DNA from: Balanoglossus misakiensis
Taxonomy: Eukaryota; Animalia; Hemichordata
Length of the DNA stretch: 64,000 bases
Reading direction: 5' to 3'
NCBI GenBank assembly: GCA_040954595.2
Contig: CM082578.2
Location: 15,608,998-15,672,997, forward strand
Below, piece after piece: positions 53,718 to 64,000 of the stretch. Numbering within the stretch: position 1 is the first letter of the stretch; the number at the start of each line of letters is the position of its first letter. A program made the translations under genes and the position numbers. The notes under the pieces were generated by a model, which worked only from the letters and a program-made list of their open reading frames with translations, was not told where the DNA came from and searched no databases.

Positions 53718-56700
53718 TTAATATTCAATGGTGACAGTCTTGGTCTTCAAGTACTCGTGCAATGCTTCTTGGCCTGCAAATGAACAGAAATAGTCAAAAG
53801 TTAGTTTTAGTTTACTTTTTAGTCTATCTCACACACCCCCCTTTCAGAGACTACCTCGAAAATATTTGATACATCTGTATATCGAAATCATCTGTATGAT
53901 TAGTTTGATATCGTCTGACACAACTGAAGTAGTGTTAAGTTGTCTGCAGACTGTTTGTACTCAACACTGCATGAACGCCAACGGGAAGAGACTGAATTGA
54001 CATGAATCCAATATTGCAAGAAGTGCACCGCAGAACATCAGATAATTGGGTCTTCCCCATTTGCCACATCTGCTCAACACCTCCAACTTCACAAGCGATA
54101 ATTAAACGCGTTCGTTAGGAGATGCGTGGGCAGATAACTTGTTTTAATGAGACTCGAGTTGTGACACCGAAAGAGAAGGTTAGAAGGATTACATGTTGCC
54201 GTGGAATAAAGCTTTCTGACGAGGAAATTGATAAATGTGAGAGTGTCTGGGGCAGGTGATATAACCACAGACTTTCTCACATCTCTAACAATGTCTCATG
54301 GCTATCAAAAATTACCCAAATAAATCAATATGCATTATTGAACAAATCATATACTGCAAGGTATTTTATCTGTGTGAGTTTCTATGAAAAAGTATCAGTG
54401 TCGATCAAACCAGTAAAATACAGAAGATATTTAAAATTCTACAACGCTGCGTTTGAGAGAGGACAAAAGATTGGCCCTAATGCAGAATATTAGACAATAC
54501 TGGTGACAGAAGAATGTAATCAGAGTTTCAGTAATAATGTTTAATATGCAGAGCAGTGCTGATGCTATCATTGTACACTATACACTGGCAACTGCAATAC
54601 TGCAGAACGACTGTATGTTATTGGTCTGTTTACCCGATCGTGTTAAAATGTGAATTTGATGGAACAGCACAGTACAAGAAAGGAATCCCTGCATTATCGA
54701 AGCCTACATCTGCACAGTCGGAACCATGCAAGGAAACCAGAATAAGTAACCTATAAAAAAATCACTGAATCACTTCTATAAAATATCAACATTCTGTGAT
54801 GATATTACACTACACAGACTTGCTCCATTTCCAATAATTGCCTATCACAATCTGCCGTCATGAATTACTGTTTTCGTGACATTTCGTTTATAGCCATGGG
54901 CAACGCTCCCTTTGTGTAACGAAGTACACCCCTGCCAATATGGATAGTTTGACATTTTGCAGCCAAGTAACAAATTACCATACTCAAAGACTGAAAGTGC
55001 CAGGAAAGATCAGTTATGTATGACAAATTACCCTACGGCAAGTACAGGCAAGAGTCACTCAACACACACGGACACACACATTTTCTCAGTAAATAAAGTC
55101 AAATAAGCCAAAATGCGACTGGATTTGCCTTCGATGAACAGTTAAAGCTTTTTGTCACATGCATGATTAGTACTGGCTCCCTGAGTAAGTCAACGTAACT
55201 CACCGAGATCTTTGCCAAATCCAGACTGCTTGAAACCACCAAATGGAGCGGCTACATCAGTCTTGTTGTAACAGTTCAGGAATACAGTTCCGGCATCCAG
55301 TTTATCCGACACATAGAGTGCCTTATTGATGTCCTTGGAGAAGACGCCAGATGCCAGGCCAAACTCTGTGTTGTTTGCACTCTTCAACATACTGTCAATA
55401 TCTCTGTAAAATTATAGACCACATCAAAGAATCTGCATGTTGTAGAGCTGATACAAAATCAATCCAAGATACCAGTGATGACATAAGAGGAGCAACAGAA
55501 GAAATAAAAGCTAAGTTTGTATTTTGAAAAAGAAAAATTGAAAGGCATACACATAATTACTTACTCTTCTTTGAACTTTGTAATAATCATGACTGGTCCA
55601 AAAGACTCTTCTTTTGCAATCATCATGTGATCTTCAACATCAGTGAAGACAGTTGGCATCATGAAGAAACCTGGATGTAATAAACAAGTGGGAACTGTTT
55701 AGTGAAAAACAAAAGTATAAACGAGATTTGTTGATAGAGGGCGTGAACAGGACAACAGGTGGTTCCTTGTCCAATTTTTGACTCAAGCCAGTGAAAACAA
55801 TTGACAGACCTGAACTTTCATTTCTGCATTGGGACTTTGTCAACCACATAATATAATGTCTTAATCATGTCTTAATCATCCATGGTCCCCTTACCTGGTC
55901 TGTCAACACGCTTTCCACCATAGACCAACTTAGCTCCTTCCTTGACGCCAATCTCACAATATTCCAGTAGTTTTTCTAAATGTGCTTTGTGGTTCTGTGG
56001 TCCATGTGCTGTGGATCTGTCCAGTGGGTCGCCCACTTTCATTTTCTTGATCTCTTCAAGCTACATATAAGGAAATATATGTCAGTCACACCTCTTCACT
56101 ATCTGAAGTCTTTTCAAAAAAGGCATTATACATTTATACATTCGCTGACATGGCCTGAAAGAGTTTGATTGGTTGCAGAGTGAATGCTAATACTTACCAC
56201 TTTCTCTACAAATTGATCGTGGATGGACTCCTCAACAAAGAGACGGCCTGCTGCAATGCAGTTCTCACCTTTGTTGAAGAAAACAGCTCCACAACCCTAT
56301 GCAACAAATCAAAAATATAAACATGATTTTCACTGCATAAAAACATTTAGAGTAGAACTTAAAATCACACCAGATTTATATTCTTTGGCATTGGGGGCGC
56401 TCTTCAATACCCGTCTGACAGAAAGGCAGGCTTTTTCAGACCACAGACATTGAAATAGGATTTTTCCCATCTACGGTGTTCAGATACTCCTTTATTTCAT
56501 GATCTAATTCTCCCAACTTGTATCTACAACAACAAAGAGTACGACTCACATTTCTAACAGCTTTGTCAAGGTCACAGTCACTGAAAATTACAAGTGGAGA
56601 TTTTCCTCCCAGTTCAAGAGACACTTTCTTGAGGTTACCTTCAGCACAACTGAAACAGAAAACAATAAAAATGTTCAGTGAAGCTGGAAGTGTACATAGA

Positions 56701-59700
56701 TGTTCACAATATGATGGCACAAATCAATTACATTTCAATAGATAGATAGATATATAGAAATATGTACTTGTTAAATTATCACTGAGGTTACCCTTACAAG
56801 ACCTCAATTATCCTTGGGGTCTTATAAATATGCCTATAAAGCTAAGTCAAGTGTGAACACTGAATAAATACATCTGATTTAGATACATTTACATTCAGAA
56901 ACTCACAGACATGGTGATAGCAACACTTCACAACCATGATACTCTACTAATCTACATGATCCGATTATACACTGTGTCTTCTGCTCTAACAGCTTTAAGA
57001 GTCAAATCTTAATAATCTCCTCTGTGTCACGTCGCACAATTCAAGTCGTCCCAATTCAGAACCAATCTATAAATTACAAGCACCGAACAGTAAAGCAGGA
57101 TTTTATTTCAAAAGCCTCACTGGATTCCGAACTGTTATTGATTTGATGACAAATCCCAGTGCAGTGTTAATCTGTGGTGGGTTTGATGTGTTTGTGAAAT
57201 CAAGCATGATATGAGATGCAGGGAGAAGTAGACTTGAGTATAAGTACATGTGAATCTAACCTTTTCATGATCTGTTTACCAATAGGCGTAGATCCAGTGA
57301 AACCTAGTTTACGGATGTCTGGATGGTCTGACATGGCCTGCCCTACAACAGCACCTTAAAATACAAAAAAAAAACTATCATGTAAATATTTCCATTGCAA
57401 TCACCCAAAAATCTCAGAGCTACTAGATATACTACGTCTTAATTTGACTTTTCAAGATATAAAAAAACATCAGAATAGAACCATCCTGAATAAATTTTGA
57501 AATTATGCTGGCTAAGTACTGATCAACTACTCATTTCAGCTATACAGTCAAACCTGTGTTAGTGACCACCTCTATATAGTGACCACCTCTATATAGTGAC
57601 CACTTAGTTACAGTCCCTGTGCAATTTACACGTGTATAAATTAACCTGTCTATAAAGACCACCTGTCTATAAAGGCCAGTTTTGTAAAGTCCCTTGACTG
57701 GCCACTATAGACAGGTTTGACTGTATATAGAAGCAATTTCGAAGTTATTTTGAACTGAAAGTAACTACCTCTAGGCAGTAATTGAACCCATAATATGTAC
57801 TAGCAGTTCATAATTTGATTCACTATGACTATTGATATTACTGCTGAAAACAAGTCTGACTTAGCAATGAATGGCCAGGCTTTGTATTTACAATACAATC
57901 CACAGTGGTAACAGATGTGTCATCAAAAGTATAATATTTCCCATTGCGTTTTACGTGAAGGGAAATGCAAACACTATATGCATTATTAGCTGTATTCTAA
58001 TTCGTTCATATGACGCAAATGTATAAATCTTATCTCATATTCATTGGTGTCGTCTGAAGAATATCAAGTTTGTCATAAAAGAAAGCAATTTTACACATTT
58101 CTTTACCTATCATCAAATATTTGCACAAATCAAATTCCCAATTCCTCAGAGATACCATCAGAAAACTGAGAAACTGCACACGATATTGAGTGCCATATTA
58201 TTCCATTACAACTGGCATCATTTTTCATCATGCCTTTTTAATAATATAAGCATGTTAAAAATTTCATGAAAACATCTCAGGAGACACTCATTGCAAAATT
58301 TTATGACTGAGAATAAATCTTCGCAGTAGATCATCTTGTATCTGAATGTAGGAAGTGTGATAAAGGTAAATATCAAGAAGACATTTTAAAATCCATTTCC
58401 ATCAATGTCAATTCTTGATGAAACTCACCAGAGCCAGGGAGGATGTTGATGACACCTGGCGGAAATCCAGCTTTCACAGTGAGTTCTGCAAACTTGAGAG
58501 CTGTTAGTGGTGTCACCTGAGCAGGTTTGAGTACAACTGTGTTGCCAGCAGCTATGCACGCCGCCATCTTCCATGCCAACATCATCAATGGATAATTCCA
58601 AGGGATCACTATGGCACATACACTGTCAAAGTACAGAATTTTAATGCAATATTTCCTCTGATATCACTCAAATTTTTTTAGACCATTGTAAGGTAGAAAT
58701 CAAGATAAAACTGTAGATCACCAATGTTAAAATGATCGGAAAAGGAAACGAGTCTCATATAAATTAGGAGAAGTTTTTCATTCAGCTATATTTACCAGCG
58801 TATATCATGAAGATGTTGGATCCAAACTTTTATTATATTATACCAGTATATTGATGGTGTAAATCACGCTATTTGATTGGTCGAGACACGACACGTGACC
58901 GTGATATATTAGCCATATACCACAGTCATATATCATAGTCAAAGAAAATGCCTTTTTAAAATGTTTTATGCAAAGTTTCAATATACTGGCATAATATAAT
59001 AGCAATAAAACACCCCCAGCCATGGTATACCACTCGATTTTGACCAGTTCAACTCCATATACGCACTCGCTATCGCTCGTGCGTATATGTCGTGAACTGG
59101 TCAAAATCTCGTGGTATACCATGGCTGGGGGTGTTTTATTGCTTAAATAACACATACATGTAGATGAGAGAAGAGAATGAAAGCTTCAATAATCACTTAC
59201 CCCAGTGGTTCTTTCTTTGTATATGTAAGATTTCTATTTGGTCTAGCATTGTTGATAGGGATTGTAACACCCTGCAATTACAACAAATACAAAATCCTCA
59301 ATCCTCATATTAAACTGAAACAGGGAACCTCACAGCTGCTGATAAGACATATTCCTTACACCTCACACATTATTCTGTACTTTGCAAATTGTTTGTGGGG
59401 GAAAAAAGGTGGAAGAGATTAAAATATTACCTGGATTTTATCACACCATCCAGCGAAGTACCTAAATGTATCGATAGACATTCCTACGTGTGTTTTCAAT
59501 GCTAGGGTATAGACAGCACCTGAGTCAATACTTTCCAATGTGGCAAGTTCATCTTTGTGTTCATCCATCAAATCTGCTAATCTACAACACAAATGGTCAG
59601 TGTGGTCAGTGGGTGAAAAGCACCATGCAGCCTTGCAAATTTACAAATTGCTTTGGCCATGATAATATGCCTCTAACAGGGAACATACATGTACATAACT

Positions 59701-62700
59701 GAAAGACAACACTAGAATTGATAAATTTGTACAAAATATACTCCAACAGAGTTTTGGTAAATTTTCGTGGCAATGAAGTTGTAAGACCTACAACACGAGA
59801 CATAGCTGGTACATACCTGTACATAAGTTTTCCTCTATCTCTTGCATTCATTTTACCCCATTCACCTTCTTCAAATGCAGTCTAGACACAGAGAAAATGG
59901 GAAACTAGTAAATGTTCAGGAACAGGCCAGCATCTATTTCAAAACTTACAGACAGGGGAGATACATGTACCAAACATGTATTCACACAGAAACTCTGATG
60001 ATGACATTACCTTGGCAGCTTTGACCGCTCGGTCTACATCCGGTCCCGAGGCTTTGCTGACTTTGCAGATGACCGACTCATCGCAGGGATTGATGGTGTT
60101 GAACGTGACGCCATCATGAGCATCGCAGAACTCGTTGTTGATGAAAATTTGATGTGGAAACTTAAGATCCATATTATTTATATTCATTTCAACCTGCGAA
60201 TCAAGAACAGGGATAATGACTTTCATGGCGTAGACAAGCCATAATGCCATCTTTTGTGAATGACAGGACAAAAACTACACTGCTTGGATTTCAACTATTC
60301 ACAGCAATTTCTATAAGCCCTAAAATGAATACAGATGATAGTTTCTACTCTATCTAATTCAATTCTGCACTTGATGACATGGGGTGTGTATATACTCACT
60401 GCATCATATGTAAATTCAGCATCTCCTTCTCCTCGGCCTTTACGTACAACTAACTGTACAAACTCTTCATATGTTGTGGCCATGTATACATCTTCGTTTT
60501 GTAGTTCAATACCATTGCATTTCTGTTTCACTTCTTCAACAAGTCTAGGTACAAACACAGAATTAAGGCCCTGAGTTAGCTACAGTATGGCCTCGATATC
60601 GTAAGTCACTGCCTTTGCAGGCTGTAATGGATGACTTCACAAGCTTCTATTGTATTTCAATATACAGCCTTTTAATTTGAAAACCAAAATGTTTCAAATT
60701 GACTTCCAAATCGCAACTTAGTCTAACACCTTCTACAGTGCATAACAAAAAAAAACCTACAAAAGCACAAAACCCATGTCACGTGACCACTGTATAAAAA
60801 ATGGCTGTGTACTGTACACCTATATCTGGGCTTTCAGAAAAAATGTGCTTTTAAGGGGCAGGGAGTTTAATAATTGACAGAAAAATACAATCCCTGAAAC
60901 GACCTGTTTGTATGTCACATCCTTAAAAAAAGACCAGTATAAAAGTCAGCGTGTCCTGTATTCAACTAAAGATATCATCAAGATAACCAGAAACCAATTA
61001 AGGACACCAATCAGTCACTGACCACAACAACAACATTGTTTCTAATGCTGGACTGATGATAACCCAAGCCACGCTGTTATAGAGTAAATGGAACAGGTCA
61101 GATTTTACCCTATCACCGACTGACTCAGCCAGAAAGCAGGCTAACAGAAGTTATGATACTCTTTGTCTCTCGCCCAGTTAAATTCTAACCCATCTCTTTG
61201 CATGGTTGGACTTTGGTTTCAACAGTTACTGACTTCTCTCTACATTCTCACTCTAAATTGAATGGAAATGTAGGCTAGCTGCCATAAGAATCAAACCTGG
61301 CTTATATAAACTTGGACTAAAGTAGACCATTTTCCAGTGTCATGCAGTGCCCAAAACAGCATAGCAACCCGTCTAAGTTTGGACAACTTCAACAAACATA
61401 ATGTATTTAGAGCGTTGACACTCCTAAATGTGCTGAGTAGACACTTGTGAGACTAAAGACAGGTGAACACTGTAGAGGTGACCTTCTCACCACAATTGGA
61501 TGTATTCCAATTTGTGTTGTGATTGGTGTATTCCAATTTCTATGAGGACATGCAAGTTTGATTAACCTACCTGGCTACATCCATTGATCCAGCTCCCATT
61601 TTGAAGAAGTCTGTTGAAGATTCAATATTATCATTGCCCAAAATACCAGCCCAAATAGCCTATTATAAAAATAGAAAACATGGTTGTATGAGACAATTTA
61701 TACAAGACTCTTTTTGACAGGATAAAATTGACAGCTTAATCCAGAGAGTTGTTCACATACTTTGACTGTGTTGGCCATCTCTTGTTCTTCAGCTGTTAGT
61801 TCTACTTTTTCCATTTCCTCTGCAGCTTGTCCGTATTTGCTGGCTTGTATCATTTTGCCACTCTCCATCAAGAGTGTTTTCACATTGATCTGTGTGAAAA
61901 CCAGGATATCACGCAGCATTATACATCTATACTGTCTTGGCTGTTTTGGGAATGGGAACACATATCTAATACTGCTTCCATCGGGGCATTCACACATGAT
62001 AACTTGCAGTACCGTACATCAAATTTACTTCATGTCTCTCTCCATTTGAAACCATTGGCATAAAATCACTGTACATAAGGATGCCAGTATTGACTATTAG
62101 TCAGCCATAATGAAATCAACCGAATTATGCTTGTACTAGTAATCAAACAGGTTTTATATGAACCTAGACACATGAAATATGAACACTTTTCTCACCTTGG
62201 TACCATCATTACCAAACAATACCAGACCATCTTTGTGAACTATTCCTGGTTTGCTCATTCCGGGAATTTCTAGTGATGTACCTGTTGGTTCCGGGCCATC
62301 CAGAATCGATGAGCCATAAAATGTCACTTGCTGAAATTAAAGGAAATATGTACAGTTCACATAATAGTCATTTCATTCTCAGTATCAGGAATGAAATTAT
62401 TCCACATGGGGTTGCAGACAGTGTTAGGGAGTATACATTTCGCTATCCCTTACTATGTTATAGCTAAATTCTGTTCTATACAATGTCATTTTGGAAAGTC
62501 TGTCATCTGTTCAAGCTCACCTCGCCATCGATTCTAGTCCAAGCACCAGGCTGTTTGTCATTTCCACGGATAAAATTATGAAGAACTTCTCCAGGCTGAC
62601 TCCAGTTTATCTGACATTGACAAGAAGTACACATTTTAAGAAACAGTGGTTTTTGTTTTGGTCTTGAGACGATTCATCCTGCCTTGTTAAAGGCACGAAC

Positions 62701-63717
62701 TCCTGGTCTGCAATTGCATTGGGAAAAACACTGGCATAGATGTGACATCATTCAACTTTATCCAGCATACCTCTGCCACTTGTTTCTTCTTCCATATTTT
62801 ATCATAGGTTGCTCCTTCTTCCGGTTGTGAAATCCTGGGTGCTTTGCCTTCACTGATTAGATGAACAGCTTCTCCCTAAATATGCAACAGACAGATTTTA
62901 TATTAAAACTACAATTACAATAATTAGCATTAATTATGCACGCTGCTCCCAAAACTGCTTGTAATTTCCAAAAGAGAATTTACATTTACCACATTTCGAT
63001 TTAAATTATAATTAGACATGGGCAGGCAGACACATGGATTGACGCACAATAGTACAACATTCCACCACTTGTACCGGTATGTGAAGAAAGGTTCTGCATT
63101 GTCATTTTACGAGTGACACTGACAGGCAAAACCTTATACATGTACTTCAAAGTTATAGTCTGCAAATCCTGTTATATGCTCACGACAATGTAATACACAC
63201 CATTCATGACATTGGCAACATCAGTGGAAAGCCATAAAATTGGAGCTTTCCCCAAAGGACTTTTATTTTAACACTAAGGTCACTGAATAATTTCAACATC
63301 AATCTTCTGTCAACATGAGGGGAACTTGCCATGAGTAAACACGGCAAATTAACCTTTGGGTGTAAAATGAGGTTCAAAGTATTCAAACCGTTAGCACATG
63401 AGAGTGAATAAGCGACTGATCTTGTGTTGGTTGTTGACCAGGCTAATAGATCATACGTGTACCACATAACAACTACCTCACTTCAAGACTGGCCATATGT
63501 TATTTGTTAAACACACAGTCCACTTGCAACCTGATTCGCAGTTTGACTTACCATTGCTTTGATGCCTTCTGGATATAAAAATCGGTTGTAAAGTGTGTCG
63601 ACTGTGTCATTGGGTTCAATATCACATTCTTTTTGGAGTAAAATAGGACCAGTGTCTAGACCATCATCTGCCCAGAATATCGAAAATCCTCCTTTCTTGT
63701 CTCCACACATCAACGTC
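53718..63717 (-). CDS. ALDH1L: 10-formyltetrahydrofolate dehydrogenase (ALDH1L1/ALDH1L2 type), 5' exons beyond window end
   Basis: Nineteen phase-consistent exons (minus): 63717-63552, 62875-62771, 62610-62521, 62330-62196, 61889-61761, 61659-61571, 60544-60400, 60193-60011, 59881-59817, 59581-59431, 59271-59201, 58622-58429, 57354-57261, 56649-56550, 56296-56198, 56060-55895, 55670-55565, 55403-55204, 53773-53718 (TAA); about 780 aa. Formyltransferase-like [15 protein letters not shown], carrier domain [12 protein letters not shown] (phosphopantetheine Ser), ALDH motifs [36 protein letters not shown] (catalytic Cys), [21 protein letters not shown], and C-terminus [12 protein letters not shown]. 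Candidate polyA signal at 52104-52109. Confidence 0.97.
57545..57723. mobile_element. Tigger/pogo-like (Tc1/mariner superfamily) MITE, 179 bp, in an ALDH1L intron
   Basis: Perfect 13-bp TIRs CAGTCAAACCTGT / ACAGGTTTGACTG flanked by a TA duplication (57543-44, 57724-25). Internal tandem subterminal repeats GTGACCACCTCTATATA x2 and ACCTGTCTATAAAG x2. Confidence 0.85.
58836..59146. mobile_element. Non-autonomous palindromic DNA element (Crypton-like) containing a 143-nt hairpin, in an ALDH1L intron
   Basis: Inverted repeat 59001-59143: 33-bp perfect arms AGCAATAAAACACCCCCAGCCATGGTATACCAC, then 16-bp and 11-bp paired segments around a TCGCTATCGCTC loop. The upstream part has the TGATTGG and CACGTGAC motifs typical of such elements. 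The left boundary is approximate and the family assignment is inferred. Confidence 0.65.
60778..60787. promoter_or_regulatory. Perfect palindromic CLEAR/E-box GTCACGTGAC in an ALDH1L intron
   Basis: Exact 10-bp match. Function unproven, and a single site can occur by chance. Confidence 0.2.
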
Positions 63718-64000
63718 CTTGGAGAATAAAAACAGATAATCATGCAGATTATATTAACTGACAACCCCCATGTAAAGATATTTTGATACATTGTATTACA
63801 ACAGTATTACTCTGGGGATATGGGGTTCATCTCAGAAAATTAACAGCAGTGGGTTTGCATCAAACTTTGAGTCATAAATATTTGAAAGCAAAAACACTGA
63901 AACACCACTTTCAATAAATACTGAAACTGATATTATCTGTGACATGACAAAGAATATGCACCCAAGTCTGTGCAATTACCAAATTGTGGTGTAGTAGCAA

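Noticed and set aside
57561-57676. Short direct repeats resembling a CRISPR-like array
   Set aside because: The repeats are tandem without unique spacers, lie inside a TIR-bounded MITE, and the context is eukaryotic with no cas genes.
58145-58235. Sense-strand ATGATGA...CTGA in an ALDH1L intron
   Set aside because: No terminal stem, no clear C'/D' boxes and no guide sequence.
61047-61130. TGATGA...CTGA with GCTG/CAGC flanks
   Set aside because: It is on the strand opposite to ALDH1L, has an imperfect C box, and no identifiable target.

Overview
Eukaryotic (metazoan) genomic DNA, AT-rich, with GT-AG spliceosomal introns. It reads like a marine invertebrate deuterostome, but that is an inference from gene content, exon structure and repeat style. 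Five protein-coding genes can be rebuilt exon by exon with consistent splice phases: (1) a 5'-incomplete 12-exon + strand gene for a multidomain protein with two C-type lectin-like domains and a 10-Cys module (1317-5956); (2,3) two five-exon SLC46 (PCFT/SLC46A3-like) MFS transporter paralogs in tail-to-tail inverted duplication (8603-11335 +, 12297-14796 -); (4) a 10-exon MFSD4A-like transporter on the - strand with a 27.3-kb first intron (17241-51205); (5) the last 19 exons of ALDH1L (10-formyl-THF dehydrogenase) on the - strand (53718-63717), which runs off the window end. Non-genic features are a degenerate Penelope-type minimal hammerhead ribozyme motif near 245-290, a Tigger/pogo-like MITE, a Crypton-like palindromic element forming a 143-nt hairpin, and microsatellites. 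No prokaryotic system, CRISPR array, rRNA or tRNA was seen. Most short ORFs in the supplied track are intronic noise or exon fragments. The best leads are the SLC46 pair with an altered MFS motif A and lysosomal-type signals, their position between a lectin gene and ALDH1L, candidate frame-switching cassette exons at the MFSD4 3' end, and the unusual lectin architecture. None of these is demonstrated novel from sequence alone.
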